Of a stretch of DNA of 64,000 nt, positions 37,995 through 47,780 are shown one piece after another. Origin of the DNA: an uncultured bacterium (lineage in GTDB: Bacteria > Actinomycetota > Acidimicrobiia > Spongiisociales > UBA5794); NCBI GenBank assembly GCA_963801165.1, contig CAWDDT010000004.1:320001-384000 (forward strand). The letters are read 5' to 3'. The position numbers and the translations under genes were made by a program. The notes below the pieces were generated by a model. It had not been told where the DNA came from. It made no database searches and saw only the letters and a program-made list of their open reading frames with translations. The stretch's first letter is position 1, and every line of letters begins with the position of its first letter.

Positions 37995-40369
37995 CTACCA
38001 CTACCAGTGCCCTCGGCGGTGCGATTCGCCGTCGTGAGGATCCGGCCCTCATTCGAGGTCGCGGCCGATATGTCGATGACATCAAACTGCCGAACGAGAC
38101 GGCGGCGGTGTTTGTCAGGAGCCCGTTCGCCCGCGCCAAGGTGCTCTCCATCGACACATCGGAGGCGCTTGCAACCGATGGTGTGCTGGCTGTCTACACG
38201 GCCGACGACCTGGGTGACCTCGGTCCGCTGATCGCCCAGCTCTCCTTCCTGCCCCGGCCGTTGCTCAACGGTGACGAGGTGAAACATGTCGGGGAAGCGG
38301 TCGCCATGGTCATCGGTGAGAACCGATATGTCGCTCAGGACGGCGCCGACGCCGTATTCGTCGACTACGAGCCTCTGACTCCGGTCATTGACCTCAAGGA
38401 CTCTCTGTCCGATCGTCAACTCGTCCACACCGGATCCGAGTCGAACACGATTCTCTCCTGGGCGGGGCCATTCGGCGCTGAGCCGGAGGCGCAGCAGGCG
38501 GTGAAGGACCAGATCGAGGCCGCCAAACAACGCGACGATGCAGTGGTCGTCAGCCAGGAGATGATCAATCAGCGACTGATCCCGACCGCGATAGAACCGC
38601 GGCGGGTGCTCGCCGAATGGAGCTCCGGCTACGGATCGTTGAATGTCTGGTCGTCGAGCCAGATTCCTCATGCCCTGGCAGGTGCCATCGCGGTTTCACT
38701 CGGCTTGCGAAGCACGAAAGTGCGCGTTGTCGCTCCCGAGGTTGGTGGAGGTTTCGGGGCAAAGCTCAATGTGTACAACGACGAGATCCTGGTCTCGTGG
38801 GCTGCGCGGCATCTGGGCCGCCCGGTGCGCTGGACCGAGACGCGCCGTGAGGCAGCGAACTCGACGATTCACGGTCGCGGCTGGGTGGGAACGGCGACTC
38901 TCGTGGGCACGCGCGACGGTGAGATCCTGGGCTATGACTTCGAGGGCATAGCCGACATGGGCGCCTACACCCAGAACTTCACGGTGGCCATCCCGCTGCT
39001 GGGGCTGTTTGTGGCGTCGGGGCAATACAAGATGCCTACCTACTGGAAGATCGACTGCGTCGCTACCAATACGATGACCACCGATGCGTACCGGGGCGCA
39101 GGCCGGCCCGAGGCGATGTACTACATCGAGCGGATCGTCGACATGTACGCACGTGAGATCGGGATGGACCCGGCCGAGGTGCGGCGTCGGAACTTCATCG
39201 CCAAGGAGGCCTTTCCCGGTGCGGTGTCACCCGCCGGGTTCGCCATGGACACCGGGGATTACGCCAAGAACCTCGATGCGCTTCTGGACAACGCCGACTA
39301 CGCATCATTGAAAGCAGAACGCGATGCCGCCCGAGCCGAAGGCCGCTACGTCGGCGTCGGCCTCGCCACGTATGTCGAGGTGTGTGGCTTCGCCCCGTCG
39401 GGTTTGGCGGACATGGGCTTCAACTGGGCGAACTACGGCTTGCCGACGGCGTTCAACGGGTCGGGGCTGGTGCGGGTCAACCCGGATGCGACGGCCACCG
39501 TGGTCATCGGCACCGGGCCGACCGGCCAGGGTCACGAGACGACCTGGGCTCAGATAGTCTCGGACCGGCTCGGCATCCCGGTCGACGACATCACGGTGAA
39601 GCATGGCGACACCGGCGATTCGCCGATGGGCATCGGGACATTTGGCTCCCGGTCGGCGGCGGTCGATGGCTCCGCAACCTACGAGGCTGCCGATCGGGTG
39701 CGAAAAAAGGCCGCCAAGCTCGCAGCGCACCTTCTCGAGGCCAGCGAGGACGACATCGTCTTTGCCGACGGTGGGGCACATGTCGCCGGATCACCGGAGA
39801 GCAAGGTCGGATGGGCGGACATTGCGACCGTCGCCTACCAGGTGCACAAGGCCCCTGCCGGTACCGAACCGGGGCTGGAGAGCGAGGTGTTCTTCACCCC
39901 GAGCAACGCGACCTGGCCCTTTGGATCGCACCTGGCCATGGTTGAGGTCGATCCCGAGACCGGCAACGTCGAGATCCTGCGATACATCACGGCGGACGAC
40001 TGCGGCAAGGTCATCAACCCGATGATCGTGCACGGCCAGATCCACGGAGGAATCGTCCAGGGCATCGGACAGGCGTTATTCGAGGACGCGATCTACGACT
40101 CGGACGGGAACTTGTTGACGGGCTCTCTCGTCGACTACCCGATTCCCACCGCGGGTGACGTGCCCTCGTTCGAGTTGCACAGGACCGTAACTCCAACGGA
40201 CGTGAACCCGATGGGGGTCAAGGGAGTCGGGGAAGCGGGCACGATCGGGTCTGCGCAGACGATCGTCAACGCCGTTGTCGACGCTCTCGAGCCGCTCGGA
40301 GTCAAACACATCGACATGCCACTCAGACCCCGCCGGGTTTGGGAAGCGATCCAGAAAGCGAGGGGGTAG
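37991..40369 (+). CDS. coxL: Molybdopterin large subunit, form II CoxL-like
   Basis: GGGFGAK, AYRGAGR, GQGHET, GTFGSRS and KGVGEAG motifs. Confidence 0.9.
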   Translation: MTTTTSALGGAIRRREDPALIRGRGRYVDDIKLPNETAAVFVRSPFARAKVLSIDTSEALATDGVLAVYTADDLGDLGPLIAQLSFLPRPLLNGDEVKHVGEAVAMVIGENRYVAQDGADAVFVDYEPLTPVIDLKDSLSDRQLVHTGSESNTILSWAGPFGAEPEAQQAVKDQIEAAKQRDDAVVVSQEMINQRLIPTAIEPRRVLAEWSSGYGSLNVWSSSQIPHALAGAIAVSLGLRSTKVRVVAPEVGGGFGAKLNVYNDEILVSWAARHLGRPVRWTETRREAANSTIHGRGWVGTATLVGTRDGEILGYDFEGIADMGAYTQNFTVAIPLLGLFVASGQYKMPTYWKIDCVATNTMTTDAYRGAGRPEAMYYIERIVDMYAREIGMDPAEVRRRNFIAKEAFPGAVSPAGFAMDTGDYAKNLDALLDNADYASLKAERDAARAEGRYVGVGLATYVEVCGFAPSGLADMGFNWANYGLPTAFNGSGLVRVNPDATATVVIGTGPTGQGHETTWAQIVSDRLGIPVDDITVKHGDTGDSPMGIGTFGSRSAAVDGSATYEAADRVRKKAAKLAAHLLEASEDDIVFADGGAHVAGSPESKVGWADIATVAYQVHKAPAGTEPGLESEVFFTPSNATWPFGSHLAMVEVDPETGNVEILRYITADDCGKVINPMIVHGQIHGGIVQGIGQALFEDAIYDSDGNLLTGSLVDYPIPTAGDVPSFELHRTVTPTDVNPMGVKGVGEAGTIGSAQTIVNAVVDALEPLGVKHIDMPLRPRRVWEAIQKARG

Positions 40370-40371
40370 AC

Positions 40372-41235
40372 ATGTATCCGAGGCAATTCGATTACGTGGC
40401 CCCGGCCTCGCTCGAGGAGGCAGCGGCGGCGCTTGCAGGCAATCCGGGAGCCAAGATCATGTCCGGGGGGATGAGTCTCATCCCCTTGATGAAGATGAGG
40501 CTGTTCTCGCCGGCGCTGGTCGTCGACATCGGTCGCATCTCCGGTCTGGACACGATCACCGACCGTGGCGATCACATCGCCATCGGCGCCCTGGTACGAC
40601 ACGCCCGGACGGCGAGCGACCCACTGATAGGAGAGCACGCGGCTGCTCTGGCGCGGGCCGCCTCGCTCACCGGAGACGTTCAGGTCCGTAATCGCGGCAC
40701 GACCTGCGGTGCGGTTGCCCACGCCGACCTGGCGGCGGATCAGACCGCCGCAGTGCTGGCGCTCGGCGCCACGATGGTGGCGCGCTCGTCCTCCGGGACG
40801 AGGGAGATCGCGGCCAGTGATTTCTTTGTGGACACACTCACGTCGGCGTTGCACCCCGATGAGATCCTGGTCGAGCTGCGTATCCCGAAGAGCGGTGCCG
40901 GATCGGCGTCGGCCTACTCGAAACTGGGGCGGCGCGGTGGCGAATCGGATTACGCAGTCGCCGGTGCCGCCGCCTGGGTGGCGAAGAGCAACGGTTCGGT
41001 GGAAGCGGCGCGGGTGGCGCTCACCGGCGTGGGGACGAAACCCGTCCTCGCCCCCGGCGTGGCTAACGCTCTGGTCGGCACCGACGGGTCGGCGGCGGCC
41101 ATCGAGGCGGCCGCTGCCCACGCCACCGAGGGTGTCTCGGTGCTCGAAGACCTGTACGGTTCGGTCGACTACAAGACCCACCTTGCCGGGGTGTACGCCA
41201 AGCGCGCCCTGGCGATGGCGATGGGTACGCTGTAG
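40372..41235 (+). CDS. coxM: FAD-binding medium subunit
   Basis: SGGMSLIPLMK.R and QVRNRGT motifs. Confidence 0.9.
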   Translation: MYPRQFDYVAPASLEEAAAALAGNPGAKIMSGGMSLIPLMKMRLFSPALVVDIGRISGLDTITDRGDHIAIGALVRHARTASDPLIGEHAAALARAASLTGDVQVRNRGTTCGAVAHADLAADQTAAVLALGATMVARSSSGTREIAASDFFVDTLTSALHPDEILVELRIPKSGAGSASAYSKLGRRGGESDYAVAGAAAWVAKSNGSVEAARVALTGVGTKPVLAPGVANALVGTDGSAAAIEAAAAHATEGVSVLEDLYGSVDYKTHLAGVYAKRALAMAMGTL

Positions 41236-41240
41236 CCGAG

Positions 41241-42122
41241 GTGATTCCTGCAACGGTAGACGAGGTCATGCAGGCGCTCGAGTCCCGGCGATATGTCGCG
41301 GATCGTGCGCTCGGTGTTGTCATCCACCTCGCCCTCCAGATGGGACGGCCACTGTTCCTGGAGGGTGAGGCGGGTGTCGGGAAGACCGAGGTCGCCAAGG
41401 TGCTCGCCGCCATCCTCGACGAGGAGTTGATCCGGCTCCAGTGCTACGAAGGTCTGGACGTGTCCCATGCGCTCTACGAGTGGGATTACGCACGGCAGAT
41501 GCTGGCCATTCGTCTGCTGGAGGCGCGTTCGGACGGGTCGATCCCCGAAGTGACCGACATCATGAGCCGGGAGTACTTGATTGCACGTCCGCTGCTCCAG
41601 GCGATCCAGCTCGGAGCCAAGGGAAGAAGGCCGATACTGCTGATCGACGAGCTGGACCGGGCGGACGAGGAGTTCGAGGCCTACCTGCTCGAGCTGCTCT
41701 CAGACTTCCAGGTGACCATCCCCGAGGTGGAGACGGTCAGAGCAGTGGTGCCTCCTGTCGTGGTGATCACGTCGAACCGCACCCGTGAGATCCATGATGC
41801 GTTGAAGCGCCGATGCATCTACCACTGGATCGACTATCCCGACTACGAGCGAGAGATAGCCATCCTACGTAGCCGCGCTCCCGAGGTGAGCGAGACGCTT
41901 GCCGCGGAGCTGGCACGGGCGATGCAGTACCTGAGAAGCCTCGAGCTGTTCAAGCCACCCGGCGTTGCCGAGACTCTCGACTGGGCCAAGGCGCTGACGG
42001 TGCTGGGCACGACCGAGCTGACGGCTGACGCAATCGGGGAAACGCTGGGTGTGGTCTTGAAGTATCAGGAGGACATCGCCCGGGTGCAAGCCGAGGGCGT
42101 CGAGCGACTTGCGGCTGGTTGA
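41241..42122 (+). CDS. coxD: MoxR-like AAA+ ATPase (CoxD)
   Basis: GEAGVGKT, LQCYEG, DELDRAD and ALKRRC motifs. Confidence 0.9.
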   Translation: MIPATVDEVMQALESRRYVADRALGVVIHLALQMGRPLFLEGEAGVGKTEVAKVLAAILDEELIRLQCYEGLDVSHALYEWDYARQMLAIRLLEARSDGSIPEVTDIMSREYLIARPLLQAIQLGAKGRRPILLIDELDRADEEFEAYLLELLSDFQVTIPEVETVRAVVPPVVVITSNRTREIHDALKRRCIYHWIDYPDYEREIAILRSRAPEVSETLAAELARAMQYLRSLELFKPPGVAETLDWAKALTVLGTTELTADAIGETLGVVLKYQEDIARVQAEGVERLAAG

Positions 42123-42125
42123 TCC

Positions 42126-43271
42126 GTGATGGCGTCGAGCGGGGAGACCTTCGCTGCCAATCTCGTGCACTTCGTGCGGTACCTCCGCAGTACCGGCGTG
42201 GAGCTCGCCCCCGATGCCTCCGGCGATCTGGCGATGGCGGCGAAAACGGTCGGGCTGGCCGACCGGACCGACGTCTACCACGCCTTCAAGGCGATCTCCA
42301 TCGCCCGAGCCGCGGACGTTCCGCGCTTTGACGAAGCGTTCGAGCTGTTCTTCGGCTTCTCCCGGCCGCTGGGACCGCCGACCGCCGACATTGCCCTCAG
42401 ATCGAAGACCACGAACACGGCCACCGCAAGTCTTCCAGCCCTGGCACGGCAGAGCGCCGATTCCGCAGCCGGGGACGAGGTTGTCGCCGACATCGCCGGA
42501 GGATCCTATGCGGAGCGATTGGCGACCCGTGATTTCGCAACCCTCACCTCTGCCGAGACGGAGGAGATACGCAGGCTTCTGGCGAGGATGATCTGGAGAC
42601 CGGCCGACGCCAGTTCCCGCCGCTGGGTTTCGGACCGGCGCGGGGACCGACCCCATATCCGCAAGACCTTCAGCAATCTGACCCGGCCGGACGGTGACCT
42701 GATCCCTTTCGAGTTCAAGTCGCGGCGGCCGCGGCGCAGGCCGCTGTTGGTGCTCGCCGACATCAGCGGTTCCATGGAGCTCTATACCGAGATGTTCCTG
42801 TATTTCATCCATGCCGCCCAAAGCCGTCTGGGCCGTGTCGAGGCGTTTGTGTTCGCCACCCGGCTGAGTCGAATCACCCGGGAGATCCGTCATCGAGATC
42901 CCCGGCTAGCTCTGCGCCGGGTTGTGGAAGCCGTTGACGACTGGTCCGGGGGGACCCGGATCGGTGAGACGCTCGCCGACTTCAATAAGACCTGGAGTCG
43001 TAGAGTCACCCGTGGTGGTGCCGTCGGCCTGATCATCAGCGATGGTTGGGATACCGGCGACCCGGAGTTGCTCGACACCGAGATGGCCCGGTTCGCCCGT
43101 TCGGTACGCCGGGTCGTCTGGCTCAACCCCCTGGCCGGCCGTGCCGGTTATGCCCCGGAGGCCCGGGGAATGCGAACCGTGCTCCCATATGTCGACGACT
43201 TTCTTGCTGCCGCCAGCCTTGTGGATCTGCGCCAAATGGTGCAGCTCCTGGAGTCTCTGTCGACGCGGTGA
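42126..43271 (+). CDS. coxE: VWA domain protein (CoxE)
   Basis: DISGSM MIDAS, WSGGTRIG, SDGWD and WLNP motifs. Confidence 0.9.
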   Translation: MMASSGETFAANLVHFVRYLRSTGVELAPDASGDLAMAAKTVGLADRTDVYHAFKAISIARAADVPRFDEAFELFFGFSRPLGPPTADIALRSKTTNTATASLPALARQSADSAAGDEVVADIAGGSYAERLATRDFATLTSAETEEIRRLLARMIWRPADASSRRWVSDRRGDRPHIRKTFSNLTRPDGDLIPFEFKSRRPRRRPLLVLADISGSMELYTEMFLYFIHAAQSRLGRVEAFVFATRLSRITREIRHRDPRLALRRVVEAVDDWSGGTRIGETLADFNKTWSRRVTRGGAVGLIISDGWDTGDPELLDTEMARFARSVRRVVWLNPLAGRAGYAPEARGMRTVLPYVDDFLAAASLVDLRQMVQLLESLSTR

Positions 43272-43317
43272 ATATGACACAGCGATAATGTGACGGACGA
43301 TTGGAGCTCTGACAGAC

Positions 43318-43629
43318 ATGAAACGAGACATCGAGATCTACGAGCGATGGAAGAGCGAGGGCAAGGACGTCGCCGTTGCCACCGTTGTCGGAGTCAAGGG
43401 ATCGGCGCCTCGACCCGAGGGATCGAAGTTCCTGGTCTCCTCAGCCGGTGAGATGGAAGGTTCGGTGAGCGGCGGGTGCGTCGAGAACGATGTGTTCTTC
43501 CACGCCAAGCAGGTCCTCGAGACCGGCGAGCCGCGGCTGGTGACATACGGGATCGCAGATGACGACGCCTTCGAGGTGGGGCTCACCTGCGGCGGCACGA
43601 TCAACGTTTTCATCGAGAAGTGGCAATGA
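43318..43629 (+). CDS. XdhC/CoxF family N-terminal domain protein
   Basis: [16 protein letters not shown] and GLTCGG motifs. Confidence 0.88.
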   Translation: MKRDIEIYERWKSEGKDVAVATVVGVKGSAPRPEGSKFLVSSAGEMEGSVSGGCVENDVFFHAKQVLETGEPRLVTYGIADDDAFEVGLTCGGTINVFIEKWQ

Positions 43630-44396
43630 ACTCGATCGAGGCGACCAAGAAGCTCATCGACGAGGAGCGGCTCGGTGCAGTGGTGACGGTGCTCGACGGG
43701 CCAGACGCCGGGACTAAGGCGGTGCTCGACTTCGAGGACGGTGTCGTTGCCGGGGAGCTACCGGAGACCCTGGCCGCCGACGTGACCGCCGACGCGACAG
43801 AGCTGATGGGGAGAGAGCAGAACAAGACTCTCCTGTACGGCGAGGTTCATGTCTTCATCGAGACGGTGGCCCCCCAGCCCGTGATGCTGATTTTCGGAGC
43901 CGGCCACAACGCCCAGCCGCTCACGACGATGGCCAAACTGCTCGGCTTCCGTGTCGTCGTCGCCGATGCCCGGCCGATGTGGGCGACCGACGATCGCTTC
44001 CCCGACGCCGACGAGGTGATCGTCGGTTGGCCCGAGCAGGTGTTCGAGAAGCTGACGCCGGACCGGCGCACGTACGTGGTTCTGCTCAGCCACGACACCA
44101 GATTCGAGGATCCCGTTTTCGACGCGGTCCACGGCAAGCCGATCCGCTATCTGGGTGCCATCGGCAGCCGGCGGACGCATGCGGCTCGCCGCGATCGTCT
44201 CGCCGCTACCGGCTGGACCGATGCGGAGCTTGATACGATCTTCGGCCCGATCGGTCTCGACATCGGGGCGGAGACCCCGGCCGAGATGGCCGTGTCCATT
44301 CTCGGTGAGATCGTCCAGGCCCGCTACGGATTGGGCAGCGGCGGTTCGCTGCGCGGCGAAGACGGCCGCATCAACAAACGCCGGGGCGACGCCTGA
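43626..44396 (+). CDS. XdhC/CoxI family Rossmann-domain protein
   Basis: [14 protein letters not shown] and [13 protein letters not shown] motifs; ATGA overlap. Confidence 0.88.
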   Translation: MNSIEATKKLIDEERLGAVVTVLDGPDAGTKAVLDFEDGVVAGELPETLAADVTADATELMGREQNKTLLYGEVHVFIETVAPQPVMLIFGAGHNAQPLTTMAKLLGFRVVVADARPMWATDDRFPDADEVIVGWPEQVFEKLTPDRRTYVVLLSHDTRFEDPVFDAVHGKPIRYLGAIGSRRTHAARRDRLAATGWTDAELDTIFGPIGLDIGAETPAEMAVSILGEIVQARYGLGSGGSLRGEDGRINKRRGDA

Positions 44397-44510
44397 CCGC
44401 CTGCGGCGGTCAGGTTTGAGTTTTGCTTCGCAAAACTCAGCCGGTGCCTTGCTCACGTTTGACCGCCTGCGGCGGTCAGGTTTGAGTTTTGCTTCGCAAA
44501 ACTCAGCCGG
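44394..44510. repeat. Direct repeat of a 51-bp double-hairpin unit (2 copies)
   Basis: TGACCGCCTGCGGCGGTCAGGTTTGAGTTTTGCTTCGCAAAACTCAGCCGG at 44394 and 44460. Confidence 0.95.
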
Positions 44511-44524
44511 CGGTTTCCTATGCA

Positions 44525-44550
44525 GAAAACCCCGCCGTAGCGGGGTTTTC
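44525..44550. terminator. Bidirectional intrinsic terminator
   Basis: GAAAACCCCGC-cgta-GCGGGGTTTTC between convergent xdhC and hup genes. Confidence 0.8.
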
Positions 44551-44575
44551 GCAGGTTATTGGTGTCCTTTCGATG

Positions 44576-44869
44576 TCAGACCTCTACGCGGTCCTTCAGA
44601 CCCTTGGCCGGCTTGAACTTGGCGTGCTTCCTGGCCGGAATCTGCAGCGGCTCACCGGTGGCCGGGTTGCGGCCGGTACGAGCCTTTGAGCGGCTCGTAT
44701 AGAACTTGCCGAAACCGCTGATGCTCACGTCGCGATCGGCGTCGAGCTCTACGGCGATGATGCCGTTGCCGGACTCCGAGCTGAAGATGATGTCGATGAC
44801 CTCTGCAGCCTTAGCCTGGCTCAGGTCGGCCTTCTTGGCGAGCTTCTTCGCCATCTCCGTTTTGTTCAC
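44576..44869 (-). CDS. hup: HU family DNA-binding protein
   Basis: NKTEM, SGFGKF, ARTGRNPATGE and FKPAK.LK motifs. Confidence 0.95.
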   Translation of the reverse strand: MNKTEMAKKLAKKADLSQAKAAEVIDIIFSSESGNGIIAVELDADRDVSISGFGKFYTSRSKARTGRNPATGEPLQIPARKHAKFKPAKGLKDRVEV

Positions 44870-44991
44870 TATGGAGCTCCCTATCGTTGACGAACCTTCG
44901 GGATGTCTGTCCCCGCTTTGCAAGCGACCAAGCTACACCGAAAACCCGCACAAACAGTGGATTTTTCCGCGGCCTGGGTGTTTCTACCGGT

Positions 44992-46374
44992 TCAGTCGAC
45001 AGGCGCGAACCGGGCCTGGAAGAATCGCAGCGACTCCGGTTCGTATGTGAATCGCAGCCCGCGCACCGCGTCGCGGTTGGTGACCACGTCGATCACAGAC
45101 TCGGCGGCGACATCCATGTGTGCCTGTGTGTACACCCGGCGCGGGATCGCCAGCCGGACCAGTTCCAGCTTTGGGTAGTGGTGATCGCCGGTCACCCTGT
45201 CCCTACCCGCCGACACGACACCGCGCTCCATGCCCCGGACACCCGACTCGACGTAGAGCGCCGCCGTCAGCGCCTGCGCCGGGAATTGGTCGTGGGGAAT
45301 GTGGGGCAGGATCGCCCTGGCATCCAGGAAGACGCCGTGCCCGCCCACCGGCCGGATGATCGGCACGTCGGCCTTGATGAGGGCATCGCCGAGGTATTCG
45401 ACCTGACCGACGCGTGCCTGAACGTGGTCGTCGGTGGCGACCATCTCGCGGATGCCCCGGGCGAGTGCCTCCATGTCTCGCCCGGACATGCCGCCGTACG
45501 TGTGCAGACCCTCGAAGGCCACCAGCAATGAGCGCGCTTTCTTGGCTAGTTCGGGATCACGCAGCGCCAGGAAGCCGCCGATGTTGACGAGGTTGTCCTT
45601 CTTCGACGAGACGGTCGCCCCGTCGGAGTAGGAGCAGATCTCCCTCACGATCTCAGCGACGCTCTTGTCGGCGTAGCCGACCTCGCGCTGTTTGATGAAC
45701 CAGGCGTTCTCGAGTGCCCGGGTGGCGTCGAGCATGACGAGGATGTCGTGCTTGTGGCACAGCTCGTATGTTGCCTTTAGATTGGCCATTGACAGTGGTT
45801 GACCGCCCGCCATGTTGACGTTGGTCTCGACGGAGATGTACGGGACCTTGTCGGCCCCGACCTCGTCGATGAGCTTCTGCAGCTTGTCTAGATCGACGTT
45901 GCCCTTGAACGGATGGAGGCTCGCCGGGTTGTGCGCCTCATCGATGATGACGTCGACGAACTTGCCGCCTGCATACTCCTGGTGGAAGCGGGTGGTCGTG
46001 AAGTACATGTTGCCCGGTATGTAGTCGCCGTCCTCGATCAGGATCTGGCTGAGGATGTGCTCGGCGCCGCGGCCCTGATGGGTGGGCACCAACTCCTCAT
46101 ACCCGTACACATCGTGGACGGCATCGACCAGGTGGTAGAAGCTCCTGCTACCGGCATAGGCCTCATCGCCGACCATGAGGCCCGCCCACTGCGAATCCGA
46201 CATGGCCGACGTCCCGGAGTCTGTGAGCAGGTCGATATAGACGTCATCGGAGCGGAGCAGGAACGTGTTGTATCCGGCTTCCTCGATGGCGGCTTCTCGC
46301 TCGTCGCGGGTAGTCATCCGGATCGGCTCGACGACCTTGATCTTCCATGGCTCGGCCCAGCTGTGACGGCTCAT
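44992..46374 (-). CDS. tpl: Tyrosine phenol-lyase (PLP beta-eliminating lyase)
   Basis: IDLLTDSGT, THQGRGAE and SSKKD (PLP Lys). NMYFTTTR, MERG and LRFF favour TPL over tryptophanase. Confidence 0.85.
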   Translation of the reverse strand: MSRHSWAEPWKIKVVEPIRMTTRDEREAAIEEAGYNTFLLRSDDVYIDLLTDSGTSAMSDSQWAGLMVGDEAYAGSRSFYHLVDAVHDVYGYEELVPTHQGRGAEHILSQILIEDGDYIPGNMYFTTTRFHQEYAGGKFVDVIIDEAHNPASLHPFKGNVDLDKLQKLIDEVGADKVPYISVETNVNMAGGQPLSMANLKATYELCHKHDILVMLDATRALENAWFIKQREVGYADKSVAEIVREICSYSDGATVSSKKDNLVNIGGFLALRDPELAKKARSLLVAFEGLHTYGGMSGRDMEALARGIREMVATDDHVQARVGQVEYLGDALIKADVPIIRPVGGHGVFLDARAILPHIPHDQFPAQALTAALYVESGVRGMERGVVSAGRDRVTGDHHYPKLELVRLAIPRRVYTQAHMDVAAESVIDVVTNRDAVRGLRFTYEPESLRFFQARFAPVD

Positions 46375-46486
46375 GCGACCACCCTTCGTCCCGGCGCTCC
46401 CTCGGCAGCGCATTCTTCGTGATTTATGGTCCCGATACTATGTTTTCTCCGGACATGGTCAATAGTCGCTGAAAGGTATTCGGAAG

Positions 46487-46954
46487 ATGGGCGCTGTGCC
46501 GACACTCGACCGAACAGACCGCGCCATCGTGGCCCTGCTCCAGGATAATGCGCGCCTGTCCAACAAGGAGATCGCCGGCCGGGTCGGCATCGCCCAATCC
46601 ACCTGCTCGGAGCGGATAAAGCGGCTGGAGAGCACCGGCGTGTTCTTGGGCTTTCATGCCGAGGTCGATCCGGCTGCGTTGGGGATAGGGCTTCAGGCGA
46701 TGATCGCGGTGCGGTTGCACCGGCACGAGACGACTCAGGTCGCCCGGTTCCGGGCCTACGCCGAGCAGCTCCCGGAAGTGGTTGCCTTCTATCACATGGC
46801 GGGCAACAACGATTTTCTGGTGCATGTCATCGTGCGTGACTCGGATCACCTGCGCGACATCGCCATGGGCGCTTTCACCGCCCAGCCCGAGGTTGCTCAC
46901 ATCGAGACATCGATCATCTTCGAGCACACCAGGTTCCGTCGCACGCCCGGCTAG
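46487..46954 (+). CDS. Lrp/AsnC family transcriptional regulator
   Basis: LD..D..I..LLQ.NAR HTH; divergent from tpl. Confidence 0.93.
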   Translation: MGAVPTLDRTDRAIVALLQDNARLSNKEIAGRVGIAQSTCSERIKRLESTGVFLGFHAEVDPAALGIGLQAMIAVRLHRHETTQVARFRAYAEQLPEVVAFYHMAGNNDFLVHVIVRDSDHLRDIAMGAFTAQPEVAHIETSIIFEHTRFRRTPG

Positions 46955-46955
46955 C

Positions 46956-47750
46956 TCAGCCGACGGACTCCGACCAGGGCAGCTCGTAATAGGGGAGCTG
47001 GAGCACCGGGACGAACCCGAGGCTCTCCGCCAGCCGGAATGACCCCTTGTTCTCGGTGCGGCACGACCACACCGGCGTCAGCCCACGATCAAGGCAATCG
47101 TGGATCAACCGAGCGCACGCGGAGCGGGCGTATCCCCGGCCCTGAAAACGTGGGAGCGTCTCGACGCCGATCTCGAGGAAGGTGTCGTCGAGATACGCTG
47201 CAAATGCAAGGGCTGCCGCGGCGCCGCTGTCCCGATCGACGGCGATGTGCCCGGTCTTCGTGTCGAGGAACTCCGAGGTCTCGTTCCAGAAGCGTGCGGG
47301 GACCACGGATCCGTGGAATCGGTCGAGGAGATCGGCGGTGCAGCCAATGGTGTTGTCCTCCCCCCGGGGATGGCGCGCCAAGAACCGAGACCGGTTGAAC
47401 CAGAAATTGGTTCGACCCCATTTGGTAATCGTAGGCCCTGCGGTGAGTGGGTCGAGGAGCTCGGCCCAGTCGAGCGGGTAAACCTGGAGCCACTCGGGGG
47501 AGTGCCGGGCGGTTTTGTCGGCAAGGTTTGCCACGAGTTCGGACCCGAACTCCTGGTTAGTGCTGTAGCCGACCAGGAACGACATCCCGTACCTGTGCCG
47601 CACATAGACGCTCGTCGGGTGTACCGAATCGGCGAATACCTCGCCTTGCACCCGGCCGACCACGACCGCCTTCGCCATCAGCACGTTGAACGGGGCTCCG
47701 GCGAGCAGCACCGCCGCACTCGCATAGTCGTTCGGGTCGAGCCGGATCAT
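46956..47750 (-). CDS. GNAT family acetyltransferase
   Basis: EIGVET.PRFQGRGYA and WSC..N.GS..LAE.LGF motifs. Confidence 0.87.
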   Translation of the reverse strand: MIRLDPNDYASAAVLLAGAPFNVLMAKAVVVGRVQGEVFADSVHPTSVYVRHRYGMSFLVGYSTNQEFGSELVANLADKTARHSPEWLQVYPLDWAELLDPLTAGPTITKWGRTNFWFNRSRFLARHPRGEDNTIGCTADLLDRFHGSVVPARFWNETSEFLDTKTGHIAVDRDSGAAAALAFAAYLDDTFLEIGVETLPRFQGRGYARSACARLIHDCLDRGLTPVWSCRTENKGSFRLAESLGFVPVLQLPYYELPWSESVG

Positions 47751-47780
47751 CGGCCGGACACTAGTGCGCCCATCGGGCCT

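Noticed and set aside
43318-44396. Split xdhC as a frameshifted pseudogene
   Set aside because: Both parts are intact domains joined by a clean ATGA overlap; split XdhC/CoxF-CoxI pairs are a plausible native arrangement.
44394-44510. Possible mini-CRISPR (repeat-spacer-repeat)
   Set aside because: A 51-bp repeat with a 15-bp linker is outside usual CRISPR geometry; a related hairpin at 26767 points to a REP-like family.
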